A stretch of 59,305 nt of DNA, filler included, from Sphacelaria rigidula (taxonomy: Eukaryota): NCBI GenBank assembly GCA_964200075.2. It is 5 parts of 5 records of this genome, joined end to end, with 100 filler letters (N's around TTAATTAATTAA, not from the genome) between each part and the next. Parts side by side here need not be neighbours in the genome. Positions count along the whole stretch, not along the records: positions 23,766 to 35,546 come from CAXNAA020004512.1; positions 35,647 to 47,426 come from CAXNAA020004513.1; 3 more parts are not named here. The stretch is one strand, 5' to 3'. The notes beneath the pieces are model-generated. The model made no database searches. It saw only the letters and a list, made by a program, of their open reading frames with translations, and had not been told where the DNA came from. Position numbers and translations under genes: made by a program. Of the stretch, positions 24,764 through 38,146 are shown piece after piece. Position 1 is the first letter of the stretch; each line of letters begins with the position of its first letter.

Positions 24764-27700
24764 CTTTTCGACAGCATCTTGCTGCAGTGCCAGGGCCTTT
24801 GCCTTTCGCCTAAGCTCGTTGATTTCTCGGGTCAAGACTACGTTTTCTCTGTTAAGCCTCGACCTGTCCTGGTGGAACATTCGCATGTCCTGCACATATT
24901 GAGCGAGAGCGACAACGATAACGAGAACGAAGCACACACACACACACATATATAATTTAGGGAAAGACGATTCACCGCGTAACTTGGCATTTAGATCGCA
25001 GCCATATCGTAGCCCCTCCCCAGAGGTTAACCTCGCACATCATCTCACCATACATAGCTTATGTGGCCTTCGCGGTTTGGAATCCAGACTGACAGACGGT
25101 AGGAGACTCGAGGGTTTTAATTCTTCTTTCAGTGACGAAAACAATCGCTGAGTTTGTTTGTCCAATAGTAATGAGAACCTCTTTCTTTATCGAGGCGGGA
25201 TATGGGCTTCAGTCTTTGTGAGTGTCTCCGGTAAAACACGTGGCGACGGCCACGCATACGTCGAGGTGCGCGGCATGGGTACGATAAACACTTGCGAAGT
25301 CACTCTCGATCGTGCAGTCTGGGGCATGTGACACGCTTGATATCGCCGTTGAATGTGCGTAGCAATGAACGCTGTAGATACGTTCACGTGTAGTTACTCC
25401 AGACAGGAAGGCAAGCGGGTGGGCAATCGCCGTGATTAAAATGATCGCGTGCCCTTTGACTCGAGAGCAGCATGATCTTTGCACGTTTGACGAACCGTGA
25501 TAGTCAAATAAAACCGACGTGTACGGCGGTGAAACGACAACTGTAATTGTGATTGTACATCATGCCATCACACGATGAAGACCACCCACTGAAGGCTTGG
25601 TGGACGAATCGTCGCTTGCTTGCCTTATCGATGCTGCCCTTCAGGGCCTGGACGTTTCTCTCAAGGTGTTCCCGCTGGCGGTTGTACTCTCGTTGCACAT
25701 CGCCGTCTTCGCCCCCGCTAACCGCCGGTCCGAGTTTGTCCTGAACCGCAATGGCGGTGCAGAGGAAAATGCGCTCATGTTTTGAATGCCTCTTAGCTAC
25801 TGAACCGTTCCCACAGCCTCCTCGAGAAACCGGAGTAGTAGATCACGGGGAGTTGGGCGTCTACCAAATCAGAACGTTTCCCCTCAGGTATCCGTGGTCA
25901 ACCTACCACCCATCGCCACCCCTTGCAAAATACCGGTCGGTGGCACCTCTCTCTTGCTCTTTCCTCGGTGAGTGACCTCGTAGTCACCACCCTTCTGTAC
26001 TATCGCTTTGCACTATGGGCCTCATCTTTTTCGCGAGCTTATGAAACCGTTTTACAGCCGCGCCCCGATGGTATGATATCTGATGGTACAACTGACACCA
26101 TTAGACAGGAATAGACAAACGCTGGTTTGATTTCCACTATTATAGATGCGTCTAGTTCGTTTTGTTATCTCCGGAATATCTGGTTTCCGTCATTGAAATA
26201 TGTGGACATGTGCAGCACCAAGAGTTTGTTGGACTCAGGCGGTATGGATGTGAGACGACAGTCGACGTGGTATGGGTGTGCTGATAATCATGATCCAATC
26301 CGCATTACCAAAGTGCAAGGTGTGCACCGGAGGAGAGATCGGTCGATCCCTTGAGACACACCACGGACTCGTCTCGAGGAGGAGGGGGGAAGGGTTAAAA
26401 GCGAGGAACACACATACGCACATGATAGTGGGAAGTATGCTCAGCCGTCACAATCAGCCTGATCACACATTTTTCTTGGACGAACGCCGTGAGGAAAGTG
26501 ATTTTTGACACGTCACGATGTTTATCCCCCCCTGTCCCCCTCCTACAACAAATGAGTACGCCCCCCCTCTGCCCCCCTCATGCTCCGCCTCGAAAGGAGT
26601 GCGTGGTCGATGGTCAAACGACTAAGGCAAGTAACAATTGAATACGCCCCCCCCCCGCTGCCCCCCTCCCTCCTAACGCTACGTGCCCCGAAACATGAAG
26701 CCAACACTTCACCGAAAACGCTACACATATAGCTATCCACCACTTCACGCGGACGCTGGCCTAGGTCAGGGTGTATCACACCCTGGACAATACAAAATGT
26801 TTCCAGTATATATTAGTCGATCATTTTGGAATTTTGCGATATATTGCCGGCGTAATATATATTGGTACCCTTGGACTGCAAACGTATTGCGCGCCCAGTA
26901 TATATTGATGTCGTGGGACTGCATACATATTACCCGTCCAATATATATATTGGTACCGTGAGGTTGAACACATATTGTCCCATCAATATATATTGGGGCA
27001 GCGTGCGCGACAGCATACTGGGCGACCAATATATATTAGGGTCGCATTGATGAAAATATATTGACCGGTCAATATCTATTGGGTCTGCGTGGGTGCCAAT
27101 GAATTGGCCGGTCAACATATACTGGATATTATAATTATGGTGTACGCTTCAAGAAGGGTCCAGACGCGATGGATGCCGGAGCCCGTCCAAGTTGGGAAAA
27201 GCTTTAGAGGGAGCCACAAAAGTTCGCGTGCATTACTACGGAGAGTTGTCGAATGCGCTGACACACACATATATATATACTCCGGTCAGAAAGTATAGTG
27301 ACAGAAGAGGCGACCCGGCGTATACGCCTTCTGATACCTATCTGACCAACGGGGCGAGACCGCTCATCCCTTCACGGCATGTATTTAATATATCTTGGCT
27401 AAACATCACGATGGCAGAAAACGCGGGTCGATATGCACCTTTTGGTACTCCCGTGGTCACCGGGGCTGTGTTGCTTATACCCTGGACGATACAAATGTTC
27501 CAATATGATACCAACACTTTGTGTTGTAGCCAGCTCAAATATTGTCCTTTCAATATATATTGTGTTGAACTGTCCTCGGAGACATTGAAACAACAACATA
27601 TACCGCTCCTGTCATGATCATGAAGTAATGTATGACAATATATATTGGACATGCATTTGCTCCGGGAATAACAAATTCAATATATATATTGTGCATGCCG

Positions 27701-30700
27701 GCCGTGTATGTATTGAAGTGTCAATGTATATATTGAGTCAAAGCGATACGTAGCATATCGTTACCATAATATATATTGAACGCAAACCATGCAAAAGTAT
27801 TGTTTTTTCCAATATATATTGCGCACGCTCATCGCATAGCTATTTTGCAGCCAATATATATTGAACACGCGTGCGAAGGAATATATTGAGCGTTTTCGGC
27901 ATGTGGTGATGCATCTTTCAATGGCCCGCGAACATAGAGTTGCCCACCATACGAATTCCAATACACTTTCCAATCTGCACGTTGAAAATCAGAATATATT
28001 GCTACACCAATATGTATTGTGACCGTCGGTTCCCTCGAGTACCGTCCGCCCAATATATATTGGACGCATTGACGCACGACATATTGGGGCGGCAATATAT
28101 ATTGACGTTTCGGGTGTTGAGTATATTGAATAATCAATATATATATATATATTGACCTCGTGTGGCAGCCAATATATTACTCGACAAATGTATATTGGTG
28201 CCTTCTCGCACCAACATATTACTCGACCAATATATATTGAGGCGGCGCGTGTCGCGATATATTGTTCGGTCGATATATATTGCATGTCGCGGGCCTTGAC
28301 ATATTGATGGCACAATATATATTGACCACCCGACGCGTCGACATATTGAGCGGGCAATATATATTACATATTGTTTTGTCCAGGGTGTGGGGTGTATCAA
28401 ACTCGTAACTTGCATACGACGCCGTCGCCCTAAAATGCTACTCCTGGGTAATAAGATGCCGATGCCTGAAGCAAAATCTACGATATCGGAAATCGTTGTG
28501 TACTATTATATACTGTTCAGCATCCCCCTTGAAGACCCCGAAGCCCCATCGTCCGGAGAGGCTTTGTACACACCGTAGCCTGTCGTGCTGCAAAGCATAT
28601 CTCTGCTGGGCATCATGCGGCGGAAGAGCCGAGGCACAATAAGATGGGCGACATTTGCTCGCCGATTCTGCTTCTTTCGGTTTGCATCTGCTTTTATATC
28701 TACCCATACCGGCATCACTATATTCGCCTTCTGCCATGTTTACCAGTGTTCGAAATGATCTTAAATCTTTTCTTACGATCTACCCATATCGATATTCAGA
28801 GCGCTACCTATTCAATTCAATGTTTTGTCGATTAACTGCACCGCTTTCCAGCTTAGCCCACCCTACCACCCGACAAGCATATCCCGGGGATGGTCAAGGA
28901 GGCGGCAACGAGGAGAGACAGTTTTCACCGGGACCCTCGTCGACGCCTTCCATCGCGCTCGTGTCGTCACTCAGTTGTACCAAAAATGTTTAGTTCTTCA
29001 TTAAGTTCGTTGGTTGTGCATGAATGGTCAAGTGCTCTGCCTCGTCGCACACACCTGGTTGTACAGTCTATACAGGGAAACTACCGCCTTCTTGAGAGCA
29101 CGGTCGTCGTCCGATGCGATGTTCTGCGCAAGTGCGAAGGTAACGTACACGACAGGGTTAAAGCGGCTATGGGTGGGAGTTAGATCATTTGGCAATTACA
29201 TTTTTGCTACGACGGTCAGCATATATAGACATGCACTTATATATAGGGGGAGATAGAAGGGTTAAACTCAGAGTGACTTTCACATTGCTCCTCGTCAGTG
29301 CATTATCGCTTATTTTTGTTTCTTTTAGTATTTGTCCTTGTTTCCCACTCACGTTTCCCTCGTCGTGACCGTGGTCGTGTCGTCTTTTCTTGATTGCGTC
29401 TATCCCGCGACCTTTAAACGATCCCCGATAGATTTTCGATTGCGCGAGTCATTGGCAGCACGTGTTGTTCATTTTTGTCGTTATACTCTAGACCTAACTG
29501 ACTCGAAACCAGGCCCGGGCCTCAAGGTGTTGTAATAACCAAGGTATTGTATTAACCTACCTCTTCCTCGGTACTTGGTTTGCAATGAAATATGTTTAGC
29601 AGCGCACGTAGTCAAACACGCTCTACGCCCAAACTGTGTGGTCGATGGATGAAATACGACGGCACTGTCCCGTGAGGGAAAAATCAAGACTATTTAACTA
29701 CAACGGAGGCTCCTATATACCAACAAGAACAAAACAGCGTATCATATCCAGTCACGCTGGAACGATGAACATATACATGCGTTCTCTGACTCCCATCGCT
29801 CGTCAACTTCTTGACCTCTTCTTTGCGTTGATATTCGTGTGGCATGCATTCTCGAGTGAAAACGAAATGGGTGCAGAGTAAAGCGTGTTGACATCGATAT
29901 CGATGTACCTGAACTGCCGCCCGCAGATCGGAATGGAATTGATCATTAAACTGAATGCCCTCTTCCAGCCTCTTGCTTTGCGCCAGGAGATCCTTTTGCA
30001 TACCGTCCACTTTCAGTCTCAGCTCTCCGATCATCAAGTCTAGCGCCGAGTTACTCTTGTGATACTGCAAGTAAGATCAGCAGCAGCAGCAGCAGCAGTC
30101 TGCCTCGCTGAAACAGTGTGCATGAAAGCCATTGATACCCCCACGTTGTTACATCTAATACCCGCCGCGTACTACACACTGGTAGTAACAGTGTTTTCGC
30201 GAGATTGAGAGTAGAGGGCTGATCGAGAGTGGGTTTTATCATTCGCTTTACAACTTGACCAACTTTTTATTCTTTGTGTGCTTTTATTTGCCTGTAACAC
30301 TGGCGTGTGCTTCCAGCTACACGTCGATATCCTACTCGGGGGCACCAATGGCTTCAGTCGCAAGCTACTACAGAAAGCGTATCGGGTCTCGTGGAGGGGC
30401 GTTTCGTAACCGAAACTATTCGTTCATTAACTGACCGCTTTTCGCACTCAATCGTATCCTCTCCTCTCCACGTCACGACAGCATTGTTCAGAACAGATAC
30501 TGCAGTTGTTAGACCGGTTGTTGAGTTTTGAGGGTGTGATTTCTTTCACGTACGTCACCGGAGAAAACGCCTACTGGTTTGCATATACCCAATCGACAAC
30601 GACACATCTGATGAGCTACCATGTTTTTGCAAAATATGAAAACGGATATCATTCGGGTACCGTCTGAACGTACTTCAATTGCAATGCTCTGTGATAGCGG

Positions 30701-33560
30701 GCCTTAGACAGCGCTTGCAGGTTCTGCTAGAAGTTGGGTTTTAGAGTATCAGATGGCAAAACCGATTCCGTGGATGTTGGTTTTTCTCTTGGATATACTA
30801 CTGCGGTAACAACGTTCAGATTCAACAGCACAGTCATCCACAAGTTGAACGTGTCTTTTTTGCTTCTCACACACTTTATTGAGGACATTTTCTCGCGCTC
30901 AGTTCGCGGGTACTGCAGTACGTATCTATCGTGGTTACATTTGAAAGCAGCGCCGAAGAGCCAAGCGTTATTTTAGTAGGACGGAAGAACATCGACGCTG
31001 TGCTATCCGTACCATGCGATAGCGCAGTCGCTTGAGGCGTCAACACGACGACAAACATATCTTCATTTTAGAATTCAATGCTCCTTGCGATGTACTCCAC
31101 GCAGTCGCGTAAAGTGAAGCACTCGAAAACCAAATACGCCCTGAATTTTTTCAAGTAGCTAGTACAGAGAGGGAATTTCCGCGGGTTGCGTTCAAGCATC
31201 AGTGTGCTGAATCAAGCTGTGTGTGCGTGTTATTCAGAATGATATATCGTCGACAATTAAGAGAATGCGTGCTTTTTATGGGCGCTGGCTGAGAAAAATG
31301 CCACAATAGGCAGAATGACACCTTCGAGTATTCATGCATCAACAACACCGACAAGCTCTCAGTACCACACGAGGGATCATCGACGATGGGGGTAGACGAG
31401 GGTGTGTGTGCTGCGGCACTACGACAGCACCTGCTCCAACTCGAGATCCATCTCCTCTATCTGCTTCTTCATGTCCGAGATTTCCTTCTCGCGTGGCTCG
31501 ATCTGTCTCTTCAGCTCCTTTATCTTGTAGTCCAGCACGAACTTGAACTTCTCCAGCTGTTAGTGTTCACCACGTACGGCGGTTTCGACATGTATGTAGT
31601 ACATGTGTGCAATGTCATGTAGTACATGTGTGCAATGTCATGTAGTACATGTGTACAATGTCATATAGTATGCATCTGATTGACTGATTGAGTTGATCGT
31701 CGCACATACACTCGCTGGTCCGCTACGAGCGCAGCCGCGGTCACAGGATAGACGTGCGTAAGTTGATGAGTAGGTGAGACACTCGCTATAGCAGAATGCT
31801 GAGAAATGGGGAGTATGAAGGAGTAAACAGGGAGCAAGGGACTAAACTGAAGACGAACATGTTTGTCCGATACTGTAATAAGACGTGAACATTGCGATGC
31901 ATGCAGTTGTCCGCATAAGAAGCCGAGGGTACATCATGTTCGACTCATGCATATATGTACATATACCATTTGCGCAACACTAACATGAAATCGTATTCAC
32001 ACAATACTACTGTACACGAAACGTTTCACTACTAGCGGCCGGCAGAAAGACGAGTGCACAGGTGAACACCCAAAATGTAAACACGCGGCCGGTAGGATGA
32101 TGGCGATACTCGGAATTAAAGTTACCAACATGTGCTGCACGAGCCAGCCCTCAACTGTGTCCCATATATTTCTGTGCAAATTCAAAACTACGTACTGTAT
32201 GTATAAAAGTGAATGTATACTGTAGGAACCTGAAAAAACACGCAAAAGTAGGCTTGCAGTGCTGCCCGATGCAGACGGTTAAGCTTTTACGGCACGCTAT
32301 GATATTGATTTCAATGTATACGTATTCATCGCTTGGCCTCAGACAATTGCAGACTCCGCACTGGCTGTTGGGAATCACGAAGAACAGTACAAACCGTACC
32401 CGTACAGGCTCATATATATGTATATATATACAGTATATGTCTCCTACGGCATATATCTTACCGCTGAAGCTAATGCACACAAGCAAAAAGAAATAGCGAC
32501 CAGATATTTGATTACGAAGCTGTACACGAATGAAGCCGCAAAACAACCGCAACGCGTTTGGAGAGCTATAAAAGATTAATTAGGGACGGCTGGCTTCTCA
32601 CACAGCTACCTTGCCTGGAATAAATAAACCACAGGAACCGTGAGGAGTAGTGTTTACAGCTAGGAGCCATACCTACCCCAGACAAGTCTTTTCAACATGT
32701 AGAGGGTCGCGTGTTTTAATTCCTACCTTGATACGAGTAGCCGAAGAGCTAGCTTTCGGGGGGCACAAGATTGACAGTGATCCTTGAATGATTAAAAATG
32801 CCCCGGGCTACGGGCCGGACTTCAGACGCGAGCACTCAGCTGCCGCTCGCCAGCTACTCGTATTTTGGGGAATAATGTATACTATTGAACTGATCAAATA
32901 TAACGATAAAAAAAAGACAAAATGGAAGGAGGAATGGATAAAGGAGCATTCCTTAGGTGAAGACGCGTGTACCTCTTGATTTTTCTTCTTGAGATCGTAG
33001 ATGCGCTTCTCCTTATCGGCGATAGTTTCCTCTCTCTCCCGGATCTCCTTCTTGTGTCCCTGCACACTCCGACGAAACCATTGCATCACATGGTTCAACG
33101 CCATCGCCGTCAGTATTGAGCTGTCGTCACTGCCTACTAAATAGATTACTCGTCAGCGCGATGATATAAAAACGTGTACTTCGTACGTATGTATATGTTT
33201 CTCCCTTGGAAACACCGCAAATCTACCGAGATGTTATCGTGAACATGATCGTTATCCAACAATAAGAACCGATCTTGACACCGTCACTCGTTCAGTATCA
33301 CTGAAATCACCACTTGCCACTATTATCGTTGAGGTTCGTGGCGCCAAAAGCGGGAAAACAAAAATCTCAACAAGTACGATTGTTGTATCGTATATCTAGG
33401 CGACAAATTCGGTGCTACTCTTCTCCAGACTGATGACAATGACAATGCAATAGGCCTCGTCATCACCTGGATGTCCTTTTCCAAGGACTTGATGGTTTCG
33501 AACAGATCCCTTTGGCGGTCTTGCAGACTGGTCATGTCCTCCTTCTGGTCTTCCACTTGT
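24764..33560 (-). CDS. CFAP57: Cilia- and flagella-associated protein 57 (WDR65), partial (C-terminal coiled-coil exons)
   Basis: Exons 33560-33467, 33059-32973, 31556-31431, 30064-29909, 29123-29055, 25740-25624 and 24889-24764 splice in frame. Translation: [61 protein letters not shown]...[13 protein letters not shown]...[15 protein letters not shown], which I recognise as the CFAP57 signature. Confidence 0.92.
26777..28389. mobile_element. Non-autonomous TIR DNA transposon (1613 bp, 8-bp TSD GGGTGTAT) carrying an internal ~43-bp-period array, inside a CFAP57 intron
   Basis: TIRs CACACCCTGGACAATACAAAATGT and ACATATTGTTTTGTCCAGGGTGTG. GGGTGTAT lies at 26769-26776 and 28390-28397. No transposase ORF recognised. 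Confidence 0.88.
31590..31670. repeat. 23-bp tandem repeat, about 3 copies
   Basis: ATGTAGTACATGTGTGCAATGTC repeated. Confidence 0.85.
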
Positions 33561-34474
33561 CTGTGACGGACAGAATATGACAAATGCGTCGTGATTGAGG
33601 GTAACAGCAAGGACCATCGACATGTCTAAATGAAATCCAAAACATGATCTAGCAGTATCACATAACACAACACGTGAACAGTAAAGGGTGTGGGGATCGG
33701 GGCTGTTGTTGTCATCGCGAAACACTTGAGCGGATGCCCAATGCTGGACGATAGGTTGTTGCCGTAAGGGAAACGCTTGTGAAGGATCTGAGCAAACCAC
33801 CCCTTTGTTTGTAGAACCAGGTGCGTGGACTAAGATAACACGCTATTATAGATAGCAATGATACGCCGAGGTATAAAAATGTGCGTAAAAGGTTAACTCA
33901 ATTCCTTGTATTAACACATGAGGAGAGCTCTAGACAGGAGGGTCACTCACGGCGAGTGAGGAGCGCGGTACAGACCAGCTGACTGTACTCCTCGCTACAT
34001 AATCATGCCCCACACAACGTTCTGACTACAGTACCCGTAGATCATAATTTCGGACCGATTATCCCAAACATCCTTCCCTTGCGCATCGTGCCATGCTTTT
34101 TTGCTTGACCAAAAATAGTAATAGTCGATGAAAGTCGACGGGTTACGGGAGCGGTGACAGTCGTGATCCAACGCTTGATATTGAATTGCAAGACCCTTGA
34201 GAATACAAACCCGTTTCGAGAAAGAAGGGTGTGGTGGTGGTGGTGGTGGTAGGTTAATGACGTCAGACGTAAGAAAAATATCCTAAAACAGAAGAGGAAC
34301 GACGGACGGAAACAGAGCAGAATTCATGCGTATCATCTACAGCTTGTTCTAGGGCACAGGCTTGAGAAACATTCAATCGAAAGCGTTTCGTAGTGACCAA
34401 TGCAGGCCATGAGTGACACTGTTCATCGCCGATGCGGAGTATTCCACCCCCCCCCCCCGCCCCCTTCCCCTCCT

Positions 34475-35465
34475 AACCGTTTCAACAACCCAGGAAATTC
34501 TAGAGGGATAACGCTTTTCAGCACCGTAGGGGAAACATTCTGCAAGATTCTGGACGATAAAGCGGGAGCGATGCTAAAGAAGGATGCAAGAACCGGCGAG
34601 GGACAAGCAGGGTTTATACCGTAGCTAGCTGCGTAGATCATATGTACACATTAGGTAAGATCATTCAAGCTAGTAAAGACGTTGGGCTAACAACATACTG
34701 CTTCTTTCTGGACGTACAAAACGTGGATGAAACAGTATGGAGAAATGGGTTGTGGGAAAAAATGCAGGAAACTGGAATCAGAAAAAAGATATAGAGAATG
34801 GTGAAAAATATGGCAGAATGGGCGGGAAGTGCTATGGTGCTACTGTAGAAGGGGAAATAGTAAAATTATTTAATATTTTGCAAGGAGTTGCGCACGGATG
34901 TGTGTTATCATCGCTTTTATTCAAAATATCCATTTTTGACCTGATAATAGCAGAAGGCGTAGACTAAGAAGGAGTTAAGGCGGGAGAAGAGGCGCTGTCG
35001 GGATTGACGTTCGCGGATGTTTTGTGTGAATAGCAGAAACCAGAAGGATGGCAGAAACAAGTAGAGAGTGACAACGAACGTGAGCAAACACGCTGGTACT
35101 TGTATGCAACGACGCGAAGGAGAAGCCGATAGGATTTAGGACGGAGGTGGAGAGAGAAGGGATTGCCGATCGTACACCAGTCAATATTTCTTGGTATAGA
35201 GATGCCAAACAACTCGTCTTGGGATGCACACATAGAGAGGGATAAGGCACAGGTAGGCAAGATGGACGTGATTTTGCGTGACTCGCACCTAGATACTAGG
35301 ATTAAGAGGCTAATTCCCATGGATGTGCTTGTACCGAAGCTAGATTATGCAGGAGAAGCACGGGAAGAGAATAAGAAGTTGGCGAAACAGGTAGAGACAG
35401 TGCAGATGGCATCAGCTAAGGAAATGCTGGGATGCTCAAAAGAGACGGGTGATGTGTCCGCTTAA
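34475..35465 (+). mobile_element. Decayed non-LTR retrotransposon (LINE) reverse transcriptase fragment
   Basis: Frameshifted LINE RT motifs in order: PGNSRGITLFSTVG.TF.KIL, EGQAGF, CFFLDV, QGVAHGCVLSSLLF, FAD, IFLG, PKLDYAGE. Confidence 0.85.
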
Positions 35466-35546
35466 ATTAAGTAGTGTGTAAGAGTCATCCTACGATAGGG
35501 GGGAGGGTATTTGGTTGCACGAAAAACGAGGCTCATAAGTGTATCA

Positions 35547-35646
35547 NNNNNNNNNNNNNNNNNNNNNNNNNNNNNNNNNNNNNNNNNNNNTTAATTAATT
35601 AANNNNNNNNNNNNNNNNNNNNNNNNNNNNNNNNNNNNNNNNNNNN
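35547..35646. other. Artificial contig-joining spacer
   Basis: Same 100-bp linker. Confidence 0.98.
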
Positions 35647-36164
35647 GGTGCTGCTTGGGGTGTGCGCTAAGGGGGCGAGGGGTGGGGGGGAGCGGGGCTG
35701 GGTGGTCGGGGGGGGGGGGGGGGGGGGGGGGGGGGGCGGGGTGTACTCATGATCATGCATGCCATAGTCATCAGACCATTGACCTCGCACCCCTGCAAAG
35801 CAGGAACGGAGTACTCCGGGTTTTCCCCGGGCCGGAGGGAGGGGGGGGGGGGATTATAGGTGTTGATCTGCGGTATGTCGTGGTTGCGTTTGTCTGCTTT
35901 GTGCGCGTTTGTGTCGGTCATTTGTGTGTCGTTTCGCGAGGATCCGCGGGCGTTATGGGTATGTCGTTTGCTGAAGCGCCGTTATAATAGTGTGTGGGTG
36001 GACAGGGAATATGTGAGAATACTGGCGGTGAGGGTCAGCAGTACGCGTCGACATTTCGCGAGATTTGCTCCTGTTCTGAGGGCGGGATGCTATACAATTC
36101 AAAAGTCAATATATTGCTGTTTTCATCGACTCTTTGCGTCTCCGCTCTGACGGTTATAGCCGAT

Positions 36165-36310
36165 GTTAGTACTAGTATCAGTGTTAGTGTAAGTGCTAGT
36201 GTTGGTATTTGTTCTAGTATGAGCAGTAGTATGGGTACTACTGATAGTAGCACTAGTATTAGTGTTAATATTGGTGGTCGTATTAGTATTAGTATCAGTA
36301 TTTCCGCCCA
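36165..36310. repeat. Degenerate (TAG/TAGTAT)n low-complexity tract
   Basis: Directly visible. Confidence 0.7.
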
Positions 36311-36553
36311 TTAGCCCTATCTTTTCAACCCGTAGTCACAGGCAAGTTATGCACCCGTGTAGATAGTGTGCCAATGTAGCTCGTTGGATCTTTTCATTGC
36401 AGCGCTTTTTCGCCCAAGGCCACGGTTTGATTTGCACTGTGCTTGGTGATTATGTTCGAGGGATACATAGTGTTTCCTCTTTTTCTCTTGGCGACTCTGA
36501 ATGATGCACCATGGGTTCGTATGGCCTCTCCACCCACTCATACTCGACAACAG

Positions 36554-38146
36554 GTGTGTCGTCGACAGAAGCCCGATTGGCCCAAGGCGTGTTACCGTAT
36601 GGCGGTGGCACGGCTGGCGTTGAAACGTTACGAAGATGCCGCTCTTGCGGCGTGGGAGGTGAGCCCCACTTAGTTCGCCTGCCGTACGTTATTAATTGTA
36701 CGGAGGTGTACTGTACAATGCTCGCGGCGATAAGAAACAAGAGAAGCGGTTACCCCCCCTTCCTTCAGCCTGGTCCGGCAAAAACCTGGCGTGCTCCGTC
36801 CCGACTTTAGAGGCAATGACGCTGTAAAACGCGCCACTCACTGCGTAAGCTAGGCAACCAGGTTGCCGATTTTTCTTGTGCGCCTTCGTTTTTTATTTTG
36901 AGGTAACCATGGTGGTGGCCGAGCTAGAATATTTTGTGGGTGGGAGAACCTCAATTCCGCGCAAAGTAGGTGGTTATACTTCGTAGTGTTCCAATGATAA
37001 GATACCCATGAGGCAGTGTGTAACCCGCGGCTCTCTCTGGAAGTGGCGATACCGGAAAATGAAGCAACTGATTCGAGGCTGTAATCCAAATGCAAGATAA
37101 TCAGTAGGCTTCGGGCCGAACAATCTCAGCAGGATGCAGCTCACCCGTCACGCGACTCCCCGAACACATATGCGACGTCTCCCGCTTGGTGATTGATTGC
37201 GTGCCTGGTCCGGTGAAAGCCCGGCGTGCTCCGTCTCGGTTTTGTAGGGGTGCGAGGTCAACTGTCATCAGACTACGGCATGCAAGACCATGAGTACCCC
37301 CCCCTCACCCCCCATCGTAGCATGACTCGTAGCAAAAAGGAAGGGGGAGGGGGGGAAGGGTGTGTGGATCCGCAGAAAAAAAGGCTCAGAGGTGTGTCAG
37401 ACTACCGGACACACTAGCGATGCAATTGTATTCGGGCAAGAACGGTGTCGAGCAGTATGACTTGGCGTTGCTTGTCGGTGACAAGCTCGTTCGAACAAAC
37501 GTTGCTGCTGTTAACTACGATTTGAAGTGGACTTTCGTGTAAGAAGTGGCCCAAATTCCTCCTATCGTTTCATGACTATTACTCACCTCCTCACGTTTTC
37601 AACGAAGGGAGTCAGATAGTCCCGGTTTCAACATGTATCTACGGTACAGTTATTTCTGCTGCGAACCGTCGCCATTTTCAACACGTAACTGTCAGACCAC
37701 CACGGAGGCGCGGGTACACTATATATAGTTATACTAAACATATACCACACGTCGGACAAATCATGATCCAGATCATTTGGCCCCCCTTTTCCACATTTGC
37801 TCCCATTAGCACCGGACGCCGAGTAACGCAAAAGTTGCTCCTTGGCTTCTCCGACTCCGCGGTTACATACACTGTGTTTGTGGACCTACCGATCCGAGAT
37901 TCTTTCATTACTTATTTCAGACGGATCATGATATTGTCCGACGTTTGATATATTATATATACATACATACCTCTTTCTGATTGCTCTGCTTGCTGAACAC
38001 TATGCTTCGCCTTGCTCGTCTCTCTCTTTGTATCTGTGCCATTTCGAAAGGGTGTGCAATTGGACAACGAGAACTTGGCTCTCAAGACCCTGCTTCAGAA
38101 ATGCGTCAAGCAAGGCCGTGAATCTGCTCTAGGGCCCAAAGTATGA
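36554..38146 (+). CDS. TPR-domain protein, last two exons (resembles the C-terminus of ankyrin+TPR or STI1-type proteins)
   Basis: Exons 36554-36658 and 38051-38146 join in phase 0: VCRRQKPDWPKACYRMAVARLALKRYEDAALAAWE|GVQLDNENLALKTLLQKCVKQGRESALGPKV*. P.W.KA.YR...A.....Y..A...EG..LD..N is a TPR consensus. Confidence 0.8.
37000..37312 (+). repeat. Dispersed ~300-bp repeat family member
   Basis: Its 5' part matches 47290-47426 (direct). Its 3' part matches 35738-35825 (inverted) and more weakly 55855-55930 (inverted). Confidence 0.8.

Noticed and set aside
26800-28370. Calling the array a bona fide CRISPR
   Set aside because: The context is a eukaryotic intron, there are no cas genes, repeats are degenerate, spacers are only ~18 nt, and the array is bounded by TIRs and a TSD.
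12458-33560. Ciliary gene cluster (dynein plus CFAP57)
   Set aside because: The genes are on different contigs joined artificially.
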